A stretch of 53,741 nucleotides of DNA from Octopus bimaculoides (Eukaryota), in the NCBI RefSeq assembly GCF_001194135.2, contig NC_068982.1, positions 126,436,773 to 126,490,513 on the forward strand, given 5' to 3'. The notes under the pieces were generated by a model that saw nothing but the letters and a program-made list of their open reading frames with translations, did no database searches and was not told where the DNA came from. Positions 25,216 to 38,112 of this stretch are shown here, in pieces. Both the position numbers and the translations under genes were made by a program. Positions within the stretch are counted from its first letter, which is position 1; every line of letters starts with the position of its first letter.

Positions 25216-26698
25216 GAACCATGTGGATGGTAAGCAAGCTACTTACCACACAACCACTCCTGCACCTCACTTTCCTTAGGTAAGATCATCAGTAAGGTGT
25301 ACATAATCTGGGTGTTTATTTTAGCGATGTCCTTTGCTATATTGCTTCCACCATTGATCATCTGTTTATCTATTTTTGTGTAGAACTTTACAGAGTACAG
25401 ATCTGCTATCCATGACTGTTTTCCTGTTTAGTTTTTGTTTTCTGTCAAGTGGTGCAATGGCTGCAATTTTTCTCATTGCAACTGCATTGAAAAGGCTGTG
25501 AACAGGCAGAATTGTTACTATACCAGACAAAACAGTAGCATTTCATTTATTCCTGCTCTTGATTTTCACCTTACATCCTTCAAGGGCTGATAAAATTAAT
25601 ACCAATCAAGCACTAGGGTTGACATAATCAGGTTTCCCTCCCCTCAAAATAGAAAGAGCTAAAAGTGCAATGTAAGCCAGCAGAAGAGTGTATGGCCAAT
25701 ATAACAGTTGGTTATGAACTTTGCAGCACTAATGTTTGCAATCAAAATTTAAAAATCACATCAGTCATTAGTAGCTGGAGCTTATTAGTACATTTACATG
25801 AGTGCAGTTTGCTTTTGATAAAAGTGGTTTTAGTTTTAGTGTTTGTTTGTTGTATACCATTATTATTAGTGTTAATTTATGGTTTGGTGTAATGCATTTT
25901 GTGTTAATGTATTCATAAAATAGATATTCATATATGACATGTGTCTGTGTGCACATAAACTATTTTCATCTAAGTATATGCATCTTTTTGTTTGTGTGTA
26001 TGTCCTTGGAGTAAATGGATGTGATGTGTCTGCTGTTTTCTGTCTGAATGTTTATGTCTAAAATGGTGTCATTGCATTACAATGTGTATACTTGTATAGT
26101 TCTGGATATCAAATTTTTGTAGAGTTGGTTTTGAGGTCATCTTTAAATTTCTTGGCATTTCCAGTATGACCATTATACTAAGTATATTATGCACATATCT
26201 CGTGTATATTGCAAGCTAATGTTCATGTCTTGGTGCTACTATATTTTCTATTGTCAACTCATAGAATACTGCAAATCTAGGCCTTAAAGGTGACCCATGG
26301 CTACTACATATATTTGCTTGTATAATTTGTTTTTCTATGTATAGTAAACAAATGATTTATTAAGTATTTGCTGTGTGAGAGCACAACACCCTGACAAGAA
26401 TGGACTGGACCACTATATATAAATAGTAGCGGTCTGAGTAAGTGAGTAGTTCATGCTAGTTCCACAGTTTGTGTGTTGATGGTTCAAAGTTGGAGTTCAA
26501 AGTTTACAGTTCGAGTTAACGTGTTTGATCATTTGTTCTTAAAAGATTATTGTTACATTCTACATGGTTACTGCTGTTTATTTTGATTATATTGTTATTA
26601 CACTGTTGCAGTGTATTTGCTTATCCATAAGGATATAACATCATCTGGCGACAAGAATCGTTCAAAACTCACATTGGTTATTTGACAATTTCTGTGTC

Positions 26699-27590
26699 AT
26701 GGAAAACATATTAGCCACAGTAGTACAGCTTCAAGAGAAGCAACAGAAACAACTACAGGAGTTGCAAAAATAAATACTACAATAACAACAACAATGATTA
26801 ATTGAGTTACAGTCTGTGAAGTCCGAAAATCCAGTCAGCTCATTCATGCCAGACAGTGTGGCTAATGCAATTTCTGAATTTACATATAATCTGGACGAAG
26901 GTATTACGTTTCCCACGTATTATAGAAGATGCGAGAAAATTTTTAAGAAAGAGTGCAAGTCATGGTTGGAGGAACAGAAAGCAAGGCTTTTACTATGCAA
27001 GGTAGCTCCTGCCAAGCATGAGCGTTATTGTAACTTTATTCTGCCCAAAAAGTCAAATGAGATTGGTCTCCAAGAAACTGTGGAACTACTTTCGAAAAAT
27101 TTTTTGGTGATAGGAGCTCATTATTCAATACCAGAATGGAGTGTTAGAACTTAACAAAAAATGAGGATGAGTAATGAAGATGAGTAACCCTCATATGGTG
27201 AAGTAATCAGCTGTATGTGTGAAAATTTCAAACTTCAGGATCTCACTCAGGATATGTTCACTTATCTTCATGCAAGGACTTATATCTCCTGAAGATAGAG
27301 AAATTTGGACACGGGTTCTCTTGAACCAGGATTTATCTCTACAGACCATTGCAGAAGAATGTCAGACTATGGTAAATCTTAAATATGATGTGAAAAAAAT
27401 ACAAGAGAAAGACTCTGTGAAAATTCAAATGTGTTGTCCCAGGAAACACAATTAAAAGAAAGTGTCAGGTCTCAATTCATGTTATGGTTGTGGAGGCCTA
27501 CGCTACAAAGAGGATTGTCCATTTAAAAATAAAAAGTGCTACAGTTGTCAGAAGCTGGGACACAGGAGTTCTCATAGTAGAACAAGATTA
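26699..27590 (+). pseudogene. gag: Gag remnant with two degenerate CCHC knuckles
   Basis: AISEFTYNLDEGITFPTYYRRCEKIF...KARLLL...HERYCNFILPK; CYGCGGLRYKEDCPFKNKKCYSCQKLGH at about 27480-27578; frameshifts and stops. Confidence 0.85.
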
Positions 27591-27659
27591 TGAGGCTCAA
27601 ACAGAGAAAGTTCTAATGTGTTTTCAGCAGAGAGTAATTGCGACAGAAAAACAATAAAA

Positions 27660-29830
27660 TTCATGTGCATAAAAATAAATGATGCGAATACCAAATAACA
27701 GTTAGACACAGGTAGTGACATCTCAACTATAAATGTGGATATGTGGAAAAAAAATTGGTAAACTGAGGTTATGTAAAACAGTGAAAATAGTATGTGGTGT
27801 AACAAACTGGTGATAAATTACATTTCATGGGCAAAACGTATCGACGTCACATTTTGGGGAGAGACATGTGAAGCAAAATTATTCATTGTGGATAATACAA
27901 TCAATCTGTTTAGCACAGAGTGGTTAGAACTATTCGATTTATGGCACCTCCCCATAAATCTTTACTGCAATAACATAAATGGTTGTGCCATTAAAAACAA
28001 GTCTTCGGAAGAACTGAAGAAAAAAATTTGTAAAAAATGTTCCTGCAAGTGTTATCAGAGGATTTAGCTCTATGTGGAAAGATTGAAGCTTATATCCAAG
28101 TAAGTGAAAATGCTGTAACTCTATTTAAAGCAAACAGAAATGTACCATTCATGGCAATTGAAACCGTAAATGAAGAGTTGGACAGACTTGTAAAGAGTGG
28201 AGTCAACAAAAAGGTGGATTACTCAAAGTGGATGACACCCACAGTATGTATTAAAGAAAAAAAAGATTAGCCTGTGTGCTGATTTCTCTACAGGATTGAA
28301 TGACTGCTTAAAAACATACCACCATCCACTCCTGACTGCAGAAGACATTTTATCAAAGTTAAAGGGTGGAAAATATTTTTCCATATTAGATTTGTCTGCA
28401 GCCTGTCTACAGATAAAAGTAAATGAAAAATGCTCAAAGTATTTGACAATAAATACACACATAGGGTTGTACAGATACACACGATTACCTTATGGATTAC
28501 ACGTGACACCAACAATATTCCAGCAAATCATGGATACTATGTTATCTGATTGTGAATTTGCAATCCTGTACTTGGACAATATTTTGATCAAGAATAGTTC
28601 TTCTAAACAGCATGTGGAACATATAAAAGCTGTGTTAAAGAAAATAAAAGTGTTATGACGATATAAGAATGAAAGCTGTAGGTGATGAGTATATTACAAA
28701 AATAAAAGGAGTTTTAAAAAATAAACGGAATAAAAATTCAGACACCAGTAGTTTTTCAATTTATGATGAGATGTGTGCCCAAAGAGTGGTGGTTTCAACT
28801 ACATTACAAAAAGGTGTATTGCAATAATTTTACAGTGGACATCTAGGAATGGCAAGGATGAAGGCTCTGATGAGGAGTTATGTCTATTGGCTGTCAATGG
28901 ACTGAGATATCAAAAACTTGATGAGAATGTGCCAATGTTGTGCACTCACAACCAAAGTCCTGCTGGTAAAATATCAATCATGGCCAGAGATGGAGATCCC
29001 ATGGTCTAGACTACACATTGACTATGCCAGACCAGTAAATGGTGCTTACTACCTAATTGTAGTAGATAGCTGTACTAAGTGGCTGGAGAGTTGCAGGTGA
29101 TGTAGACCAACTTCTAAGACAACTATAAAGTTCTTATACGAATTGCTTGCATGATACAGTGTCCCTGCCACCTTAGTTTCAGACAATGGAATGCAGTTCT
29201 CTAGGTATGAGCTCAAGAACTTCTGTAAAAGGCATGTGATAAAGTATATTTTCACTCCACCCTACCACCCAAGGTCAAACGGTCAGGTAGAAAGATTTGT
29301 GAATACCTTTAAGAGAGCGTTAAGAAATGCAAAGAACGAATTAAGTAACAACGAAACAGTGACAATTTTCTTAAGAATATACAGAATGAGCCCAAATCCA
29401 AGTACAAATTCAGGGAAGTCTTCCACAGAACTGATGTTCATAAGAAGAATAAATTCCATTTATGATAAGCTATTACCGGAGAAAATAAATGTAAAGGAAA
29501 TACGAAAGAGCCCATGAAATACATCGATTTAGGTGATAAAGTGCATTTCAAAACCTATAGAAATGGTAAAGAAAGCTGGGAAGATGGCCTTGTTACCAGA
29601 AAAATTGGAAGTATGATGTATGTAATTAAATGGTCACCTGGTGAACACAAGAGACATATAAACCAACAAACGAAGCGGCATATCCAAGATCAGGAAGACA
29701 TTCTCATGGAAGTATTGTGTGAAATATTTGATGTACTGGTACCAAAAGTAATAGAGTCCTGTAGAACCAGCATGAGAAAAACAAAACAGATTGAACACCT
29801 TGAGATAATGCTCAAGCAAAAGAGATACTA
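27660..29830 (+). pseudogene. pol: Pol remnant: protease, RT, integrase
   Basis: LDTGSDIS (PR); FSILDLSAACLQI...YTRLPYG...YLDNILI (RT, YxDD decayed); WSRLHIDYARP...VVDSCTKW, SDNGMQFS and PYHPRSNGQVERFV (IN). After HVEHIKAVLKKIK (about 28650) the sequence jumps to the pre-integrase region. Confidence 0.92.
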
Positions 29831-30289
29831 ATATATATATGTAAAATTTCTTTATTCCTTTGGAACACGAAATCTCAAAAGGAAGATGTTGTGCAAGAGT
29901 ATGACACCCCCTGGCAAGAATGAACTGGACCACTAAATATAAAGAGTAGTGGTCTGAGTAAGTGAGTTGTTTATGCTAGTTCCACAGTCTGTGTATTGAT
30001 AGTTGGAGTTCAAAGTTTACAGTTCAAGTTAGCGTGTTGGATTGTTGGTTCTTAAAAGATTGTTGTTATGAGTGGCTACTGCCATTTGTTTCACTTATAT
30101 TGTTATTCCACTGCTGCAGTGTATTCATTTATCCATAAGGGTATAACAATATTGTGGCTGGCATTAAGGGTATTTTTATACATTATTTAATATGGTTTCT
30201 ATTGTTTCAGCTATTGCAATGATGGTAAACAAATATTCCATGTCTAAAGTAGAGATGTTGCCTACTTCATAGATTTCTTCGTTGCCATT

Positions 30290-30507
30290 TCCGCCTGAGT
30301 GGCCTTCATGCCGGTGGCATGTAAAAGCACCCACTACACTCTTGGAGTGGTTGGCATTAGGAAGGGCATCCAGCTGTAGAAACTCTGTCAAATCAGATTG
30401 GAGCCTGGTGTAGCCATCCGGTTCACCAGTCCTCAGTCAAATCGTCCAACCCATGCTAGCATGGAAAGCGGATGTTAAATGATGATGATGGTGATGATGA
30501 TGATGAT
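30290..30507 (+). mobile_element. RTE-type 3' module with (GAT)n tail
   Basis: ...ccaacccatgctagcatggaaagcggatgttaaatgatgatgat. Confidence 0.8.
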
Positions 30508-31110
30508 CTCTAGAAATTCTTTGGAAGACCTTATACTCTATCTGTCCAGAGTGCATTGTTTAATAATGTCATCTAATCATTCAGTAATCTGGTGTATTGT
30601 TGCTTTTATTTGAGATAATATTAGTTGAAAGAGGACTGTTTCCTTTGAGTATTTTTACTGCCCTGCAAATATATGCAGGGGGTGAATTCTTCATTGCAGG
30701 AGAAATATTCTTTTATTTTTAATATTCAATAGATATGTGCTGGGGTGAATCCTCTTTCAATGCCGGGGGAATAAGGGGCTCTTATTTATGTGTTTATGGC
30801 TCTAACTAGTTTGTTCAATTTGACTTTCAATTGCATGGTACTATGTCTCTGAACGAATATCATGTTGTCATTAAATAAACTGTTAATTTTTGTCATGTAA
30901 ACATTTTTATCCATGATTATGTACATATGACTTTTGTCACTTTTACATATTATGATGTGATGCCATTGTTTTGTTTTTTAAATCATATAAAGCTTAAACA
31001 TCATGTAGAATATTCCTTTATAGTTTTCTAGGTATATATTTATAATACATTCATCTTGGTCTAAGACTTGGAGTTTATTGTATATAATTTTTTTTCCTTT
31101 TGTGTTTCAG

Positions 31111-31209
31111 ATTTTCTAAATGTAGATGATGGATTTAGGAATCTTGCTGTTGCAAACAAACTACAAGGAATTCAAATGAAAAATAATAAAAACAATATTC
31201 AACTAGAAT
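31111..31209 (+). CDS. Candidate 99-nt internal exon, product unknown
   Basis: Strong acceptor ttttttttccttttgtgtttcAG; open frame (D)FLNVDDGFRNLAVANKLQGIQMKNNKNNIQLE; symmetric phase 1 if donor T|GTAAAC is used, otherwise the frame runs to TAG at 31250. No family recognised. Confidence 0.3.
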
Positions 31210-31291
31210 GTAAACATGTATTCAATACAAGTGTAAAAGAAAGTTGTTAGCAATGCACATGTGTGTTTGTGTATGTATATATGTATGTTCA

Positions 31292-31326
<35 letters not shown>

Positions 31327-31393
31327 GTATGTACATATGTATGTATTTATGTATGTATGTATGTATCTGTCTATCTATCTATCTATCTATCTA

Positions 31394-31432
<39 letters not shown>

Positions 31433-31602
31433 NNNNNNNNNNNNNNATATACACACACATACACAGTATGTATTACACTCTCGTAGAAACCATGCCAAAT
31501 CAGACTGGAGTCTGGTGCAGCCTTCCAGTGTGCCAGTTCATCAAATCATCCAACCCATGCCAGCATGGACAACGGACGTTATATGATGATGATAATATAT
31601 AT

Positions 31603-32395
31603 GTCATCATCATCATCATCATCATTTAGCATCCATTTTCCATGCTGGTATGGGTTAGACAGTTTAACTGGAACTGGTAAGCTGGAGAGCTGTACCAGGT
31701 TCCAGTCTGATTTTGGCTAGGTTTCTACAGCTGGATGCCCTTGCTAATACTAACCACTCCAAGAGTATAGTGGGTGCCTTTTACATGTCATTGGCACGGG
31801 TACCTTTAATGTGTCACCGGCACAGGTGCCCTTTATGTGTCATCAGCATGAAAGCCTCTTATGTGTCACCATCACAGGTTTCTTTTACATGCTACCAACA
31901 TGGGTGCCTTTTATATGTTACTGGTACTGCCCATGACTACAATTTCACTTGGCCTGATAAGTCTTCTCAAGCACAGCAAACTGCCAAAGGTCTCATTCAT
32001 TTGTCATTGCCTCTCTGAGACCAACATCTGAAGATCATGCTTCACCACCTTGTCCCTTGGTCTACCTCTTTCACAGGTTCCCCCCACAGTTAGGGATTGG
32101 CACTTCCTTATGCAACTGTCCTCATTCATACACATCACATGACCTCACCAGCACGGTTGTCTCTCTTCTACACTACATCTGATGCCTCTTATGCCCAGTC
32201 TTTCTCTCAAGATGCTTACACTATCATACATGCACATGACCTTGCACATCCAGCAAAGCATACTAGCTTCATTTCTTTCAGTTCTCTGCAGTCACAGTCC
32301 ATGTTTCACTGCTATGTAGCATGGCTGTCTGCACACAGGCATCATACAATCAGCCTTTCACTCTGGTAGAAGCTCTCTGAACTTTGCCCAGCCTA
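31603..32395 (-). mobile_element. 5'-truncated RTE LINE (ORF2 C-terminus, 3' UTR, (GAT)n tail)
   Basis: Minus translation includes GHVMCMNEDSCIRKCQSLTVGGTCERGRPR (RTE C-terminal motif); homologous to 53056-53340; links the dispersed 3' modules to RTE. Confidence 0.85.
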
Positions 32396-33029
32396 TTCTT
32401 ATTCTATACCAGAAGACACTTGCCCAATGTGTCACACAGTGGGACTGACCCCAAAACCACATGGTTGCAAGGTAGACTTCTTAACCATATAACCATGTCT
32501 GTGGCTACAATTTCTATCACTTTCTAACCACATTATATTTAATTAATTTATTATTAATGTATTTTATTTTATTGTATTAATTATATTATTACTAAAGGTT
32601 ATTTTACATTATTAAGTTTATCATTAACATAGTTTATATTTTTCTAAAATTCTATTATTATTATATTACCATGGAAATTCCCTAATATGGCCACAAGCTG
32701 ATGGCTGAAACCAGTAGAAGAATATATTCTATTTTATTTTGTAATTATCATATTCTATTTTTATTTATTATTTTAATACCATATTTTATTTTATCTTATT
32801 AATAGTGTTATTTCTGTATTGTAATCTTTTATTTATTTTCTGTTTTATTATTTTATTTTAATGTGTCACAGCTCAGTGAACAACTCTCATTTCTTGTTTT
32901 TGCTGCTAAAATCTATTTTGTTTCTAAATACATGTAATTTTTGGACTATATTTGCACTATTTTTGTTGAGCACTCTGATGTATACCAATGAGGTGAGCAA
33001 TGTGAAGTAATTCATCATTCAGGATACTT

Positions 33030-33330
33030 ATCATCATCGTTGTTTAACATCCGCTTTCCATGCTAACATGGGTTGGACGATTTGACTGAGGACTGGTGGA
33101 CCAGGAGGTGCCACCAGGCTCCAATCTGATTTGGCAGAGTTTCTACAGCTGGACGCCCTTCCTAACGCCAACCACTCTGAGAGTGTAGTGGGTGCTTTTA
33201 TGTGTTACTGGCACGAGGGCCAGTCAGGCGGTACTGGCGACAGCCACGCTCGAAATGGTGTATTTTATGTGTCACCTGCAGAGGAGCCAGTCCATCGGCA
33301 CTGGCAATGATCACTTAATGATAGCTATTT
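33030..33330 (-). mobile_element. RTE-type 3' module
   Basis: catcatcgttgtttaacatccgctttccatgct...ggacgcccttcctaacgccaaccactc. Confidence 0.8.
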
Positions 33331-33387
33331 CACTTCATTTATACTACTTACATTGCTGGTACTCTATCGGTTACAATGATAAGAGTT

Positions 33388-33680
33388 GCAGTTGATCTGA
33401 TCAACAGAACAGCCTGCTTGTGAAATTAATGTACAAGTGGCTGAGTACTCCACAGACACATGGACCCTTAACGTAGTTCCCAGGGAGATTCAGTGTGACA
33501 CAAAGTGTAATAAGGCTGGCCCTTTGAAATACAGATGCTACTCATTTTTGCCAGCAGGGAGGAGTGGAGCAACATGAAATAAAGTGTCTTGCTCAAGGAC
33601 ACAACGCATTGCTGGGAATTGAACTCATGACCCTATGATTGTGAGCTGAATACTCTAACCACTAAGCTATGTGCCTTCAC
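33388..33680 (-). mobile_element. tRNA-derived SINE, third family
   Basis: Minus head tagcttagtggttagagt (A box) and gagttcaattccc (B box), followed by gtgtccttgagcaagacacttt (CORE/V-like domain). Confidence 0.8.
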
Positions 33681-34171
33681 TACTATTTTTGAAAAAGGTA
33701 TGAGTATCCCAATGTTTAACTGTGTCATATCCCTTGAAGGCAACAGAATAAACAATCATTTGATGGACACCATATTTGATGGCTTATAAGACAAACTTTG
33801 TCTAAAAAGGAATGTCTGAAGAGAAACAACCACAGGTCCTATAGGCAAAGTTGGGCCTTCCATAAGTTGTTACATGCTTTAATGTACTAAAAACATTTTC
33901 CTGAATATACACTGTTGAAGGTGGAGTGTGTTTAATATACCCATGTTGTCCTATATGTAATGAAATATGTTACCTCTGATTATGGAAGATATAACATAAG
34001 ATAATCCAGGTATTATCACTGCCAAATTTTCTTTCCAGTAAGAGAGATAGGCAGATACAAAAAGAGAAAGTGGGAGAGGGGGAAGGAGGAAGGGAGGGAA
34101 GGAGGGAGAGGAAGAGAAAATGAAGAATCACTCTAAGCACATGACTGGCATTTTATCTATCAATCCTGGAA

Positions 34172-34790
34172 CAGAAGTGTAGCTAGAGGGGAGAAGGTGG
34201 CCCACCTCAAGGGATGGTTTTAAGGGGCAGCACTTTTGGGTCTGCTATGGTGGTAGAAGTCAACTTGTGACTGGGTAAGTCCACTTCCTAAATTCAGTAA
34301 GACCATGCAAATGTTTGAAGGTTTCAAGAAGTTGCTGTGCTTTGAGTGGTGTGAAGTATTGTACAGTACTGACTCTCTTTTCAGGGCAATCAGCTATAAC
34401 ACCAGGAGCACAACAGAAGTTGAAACGACCAGAAACTGACTGCATTTCAGGTTTTTTTTATAGGAGTTTACTTTCAAGAAGGAAGTTCTAATGAGAACTA
34501 AGGGTCCCTCACTCCCAATTGTTCTTCTGCTAGTTAACCCATAGCTGGAACCCTAACAGTTGCTATTATTCCATGTCAGAGTAGACCTTGGAACAATAAT
34601 AGTTAAGAGGTGGTTCCACATTCCTCAAAACCCTGGAACTCCTGTACCAGGGCCCCATTATTGGATGCAGTTTAAAGTCATACTCAGGATCTGCTGCATA
34701 AGCTTGTATAAGTGGCAAAAGAAATAATATGAGGGAGGGCAGCAAACTCAAGGGTTGCCCTAAGTGGAAAACATTTTAGCTACGTCACTG
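34172..34790. mobile_element. Non-autonomous hAT-type element (619 bp)
   Basis: TIRs cagaagtgtagctag and reverse-complement cagtgacgtagctaa; 8-bp TSD tcctggaa / cccaggaa (6 of 8 match). Confidence 0.7.
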
Positions 34791-35765
34791 CCCAGGAAAG
34801 AGGAAATGCAAAGTCAACTGTGGCAGTATTTGAACCCAGAGCTCACATAAATGAGGTCAATTACTTGACTCTTTGTTATCAGAAAGACCTATGAATGAGT
34901 GAGTGATTATGCTTATTGACTCAAAGATCTACATAGTGGAGTAGAGGTTGTGACATTCATACCTTTCTCAAAAGTATTGACTAAGTAAATAAGATAACAG
35001 TAATAGATTGGTTAAAATTATGCTACAGACTTGGACTGAGAAAGGGTTACAAATTTATTTTAAACTTTGAAAATAAAACTTGGAATTCTAGTTGATAATT
35101 TCGAATATATTCACAAATACTAAATAAAGAAATTTCTAACCATTGAAACAAAGAACATTATCATTTTTGAAATTTTTTCAAAATATAGCAGTTTTAAGCT
35201 ATCTGAAGATCATATCATTTGCACTGAGAAACTCTAGTAAAAAGCATTAAAACATTTCAATTTTGAATGAATAAAATAAAATAAATACTAGTTTCATGTA
35301 TTTAGTTCTTTGAAAGCATTAAAAAGAAACAACACCATAACAATTTTTGTTTGTCTGTCTTTCTCTCCATGCAGACAAACATCCATACAATGTGTGCATG
35401 TGTGTATGCTTGCGTTTGTGCATGTGTGTACAAATTATACAAATAATGGAGGTGCTCTTAACTCCTTACAGAGTTGTTAGAATGCTGTTCTGACATACAA
35501 AGTGTTTTGGGCATTTTGGATGGGCTAGTAGAGTCCATAATTCAACCAGTTCAGAAAGCAACCAATTTTCTTTCAAAGAGAAAAAGACAGAGAGGAGGAA
35601 TTTACCTCAGTGTTTGACTTGTCTTTATCTATGGACACTGAAGTGATAAAAAAAATGCAAAAATCAATTTTAACAGTACTTGAACCCAGAGAATGGAGTG
35701 TCAGAACACATACTGCAAAGTATTACCATTCACTTTAACAACTCTGCTAACTCCCCACTATTTCA

Positions 35766-36258
35766 TTTCTACATATCAAGCAGGGCTATCTACCTGAAGA
35801 GATTTGTAATTTGTTCACTTTCCTACTTACAAAGACTTTGGTTTTTGCTCAATTAACTCTAAGGTTCTTTGATTCTAGGCCTTGCTTCCACACGTGAAAT
35901 TTCTTCTCTAGTTCTGGTAGTGATTCAGCTATAAGAACAAGGTTATCAGCATAGAGGAGCTCCCAGGGGTAGCCTAACTGTTATTGCCTGGAGGACTATG
36001 ATGAACAAGAGGAGGCTGAGGACTGATCCTTGGTGAACCCCTTCTTGTACCCTGAATTCATCGCTATTCTTTTTGCTAACCGTCACCTGACTGACAACAT
36101 CCCAGTACATGGCTTGTACAGCTCTCACCAACCACTCCTCTATCCCTAGTTTCTGCATTGACCACCAGATAATGGAATGGGAGACCCTGTCGAAGGCTTT
36201 CTCCATGTCAACAAAAGCCAAGTACAGGGGTTTATTTTTGGTTGGGTACTTCTCCTGG
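35766..36258 (-). mobile_element. RTE LINE RT fragment
   Basis: QEKYPTKNKPLYLAFVDMEKAFDRV...WWSMQKLGIEEWLVRAVQAMY...GVHQGSVLSLLLFIIVL, then after a frameshift ELLYADNLVLIAES; overlaps 53600-53741 in homology. Confidence 0.92.
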
Positions 36259-37646
36259 TTAGGAGCAATACACACATGTATAAATAAGCAATACGTATTT
36301 CCACTGCACAAAATATGTGCAGTTGCTTATGCAACCAAGCATACTCTGTACAGCGGAAACATGTGTAAGTCATAACCATAAAAAATATGCTGTGTGACAT
36401 CGTAAAATAAAAGGAAATAAATTTTGAGGATGTACCGGTCTCCATATTGTCTGTCATCATAGTTATTGTTAATATACACTCTGGATAATATTACCATCCA
36501 GCAAAGTGAACATGGAATTAACCATTGGAAGAATTTACAGTTACAGTATGAGTGACAACCCCTAGTAGTCATAGACATTAAATACTAATCAATGCAGTTA
36601 GCCATAACCTAGAAAACAACTGAGAACTACCACAGAATCTGCCCAGATAAGTTATCCCTTTAAACTCACATAAATATATATATTAAGAAGGAAAAGGGAG
36701 GTAGTCAGGATTTAGGTTAAAAACGATTTATTTTGCACTTTCATCTTGTTATGGAATCCATCATGGAGGATATTTTTTATACAAAATTCATAGTTTTATA
36801 TATGTGTGAGTTAGTGGTAAAAATTCTGGAGTTGAATTTTTTAGCTAACTCACATATATATAAAATGTATGAATATTCTGTAAAAATATCATTCATGATG
36901 GATCACTTAAAGGAGTGAAAAAGCTAAATAAATAATTCTTATTCAAATCCTGACCACGTTCTTTTAATATATAAAATCATTACACCACTTCAAACAAGTT
37001 ATACATATATGAATGTTTGCATATAGATAGATAAATACATAGATATCTGTGAATTTATGCCTGAAGAATTACTTGAAGACACAAGGCATGATATACAAAT
37101 CTGCTTAATTATTGTTTCCACGGCATGAAACTATTAGCAGCTCACATACTGTATATGTATATATATATATATATNNNNNNNNNNNNNNNNNNNNNNNNNN
37201 NNNNNNNNNNNNNNNNNNNNNNNNNNNNNNNNNNNNNNNNNNNNNNNNNNNNNNNNNNNNNNNNNNNNNNNNNNNNNNNNNNNNNNNNNNNNNNNNNNNN
37301 NNNNATATATGTATGTATTTATAAAGAGAGAAAAGGATAAAGAGACCAATGGCAAAGTTAGAATTATATTTTATGTATAAAGTCTTACAGCTGTTTCAGG
37401 GAAAATCCAATGTATCTCTTCATCAGAGACGGTAATAGTAGAAGAATGGATTATTACATCTATCCTTTTCTTTCTTTATACATACACACGCTAATACACA
37501 ACCTATGTTATATTCCCCACTCATGTTGCTACAACGACAGGGGCAAAACTAGTCGGTATACAGCACTTACTCAGTATTACCTGTATCTTTAGGGTTTGGT
37601 TGACTCCAATACCCTTAATAACCTTTATATATATATATATATATAT

Positions 37647-38112
37647 AAAAGGAATGACTAGGTGGATTCCTGTATGCTAGATGTAGACACCATATGGTCT
37701 GAGCACTGAGAAAAATTTGTTCTCAAAGAAAATTTGGCAAAACGCCAGAACGTAAAGTGAGCAAGACAAATGAAAAGATACAAAATAAAGTGATTAGTCA
37801 CATACCATGGTTTCATTGTTACCATTTACATTACGTAAATGTCTGCAAATCCTCGGTGTGGCCGTCATAGAAAATATAATTTACATAACTATACACTAGA
37901 CATCCACCCAAGAACAAACATGTATACAGTTCTATCAATTATATTTGGGGTATATTTCAAATGTCTTCGTTTTGGTGCGCCGAAGCAGGAAATGATTCTG
38001 CAGAAAATAATTTTCTGCATCGAAGCCTGCCGGTTAGAGAACATGGTTATTTAAATTTAAATATAGGGTCTACATCTAGCATACAGGAATCCACCCAGTG
38101 GTCATTCCTCTT
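37647..38112. mobile_element. MITE with ~43-bp TIRs between (TA)n tracts
   Basis: 28-nt perfect inverted match ggtggattcctgtatgctagatgtagac within TIRs 37647-37688 and 38068-38112; CpGs retained; superfamily unclear. Confidence 0.85.

Larger units (their letters stand above)
26369..30148 (+). mobile_element. Ty3/Gypsy LTR retrotransposon (Mag-like), decayed, RNase H deleted
   Basis: 5' LTR 26369-26640 and 3' LTR 29887-30148 (TG...ACA); TSD gtatt/atatt; PBS tggcgacaagaat 26646-26658; PPT aaaaggaaga 29877-29886; domain order gag-PR-RT-IN. Confidence 0.95.
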
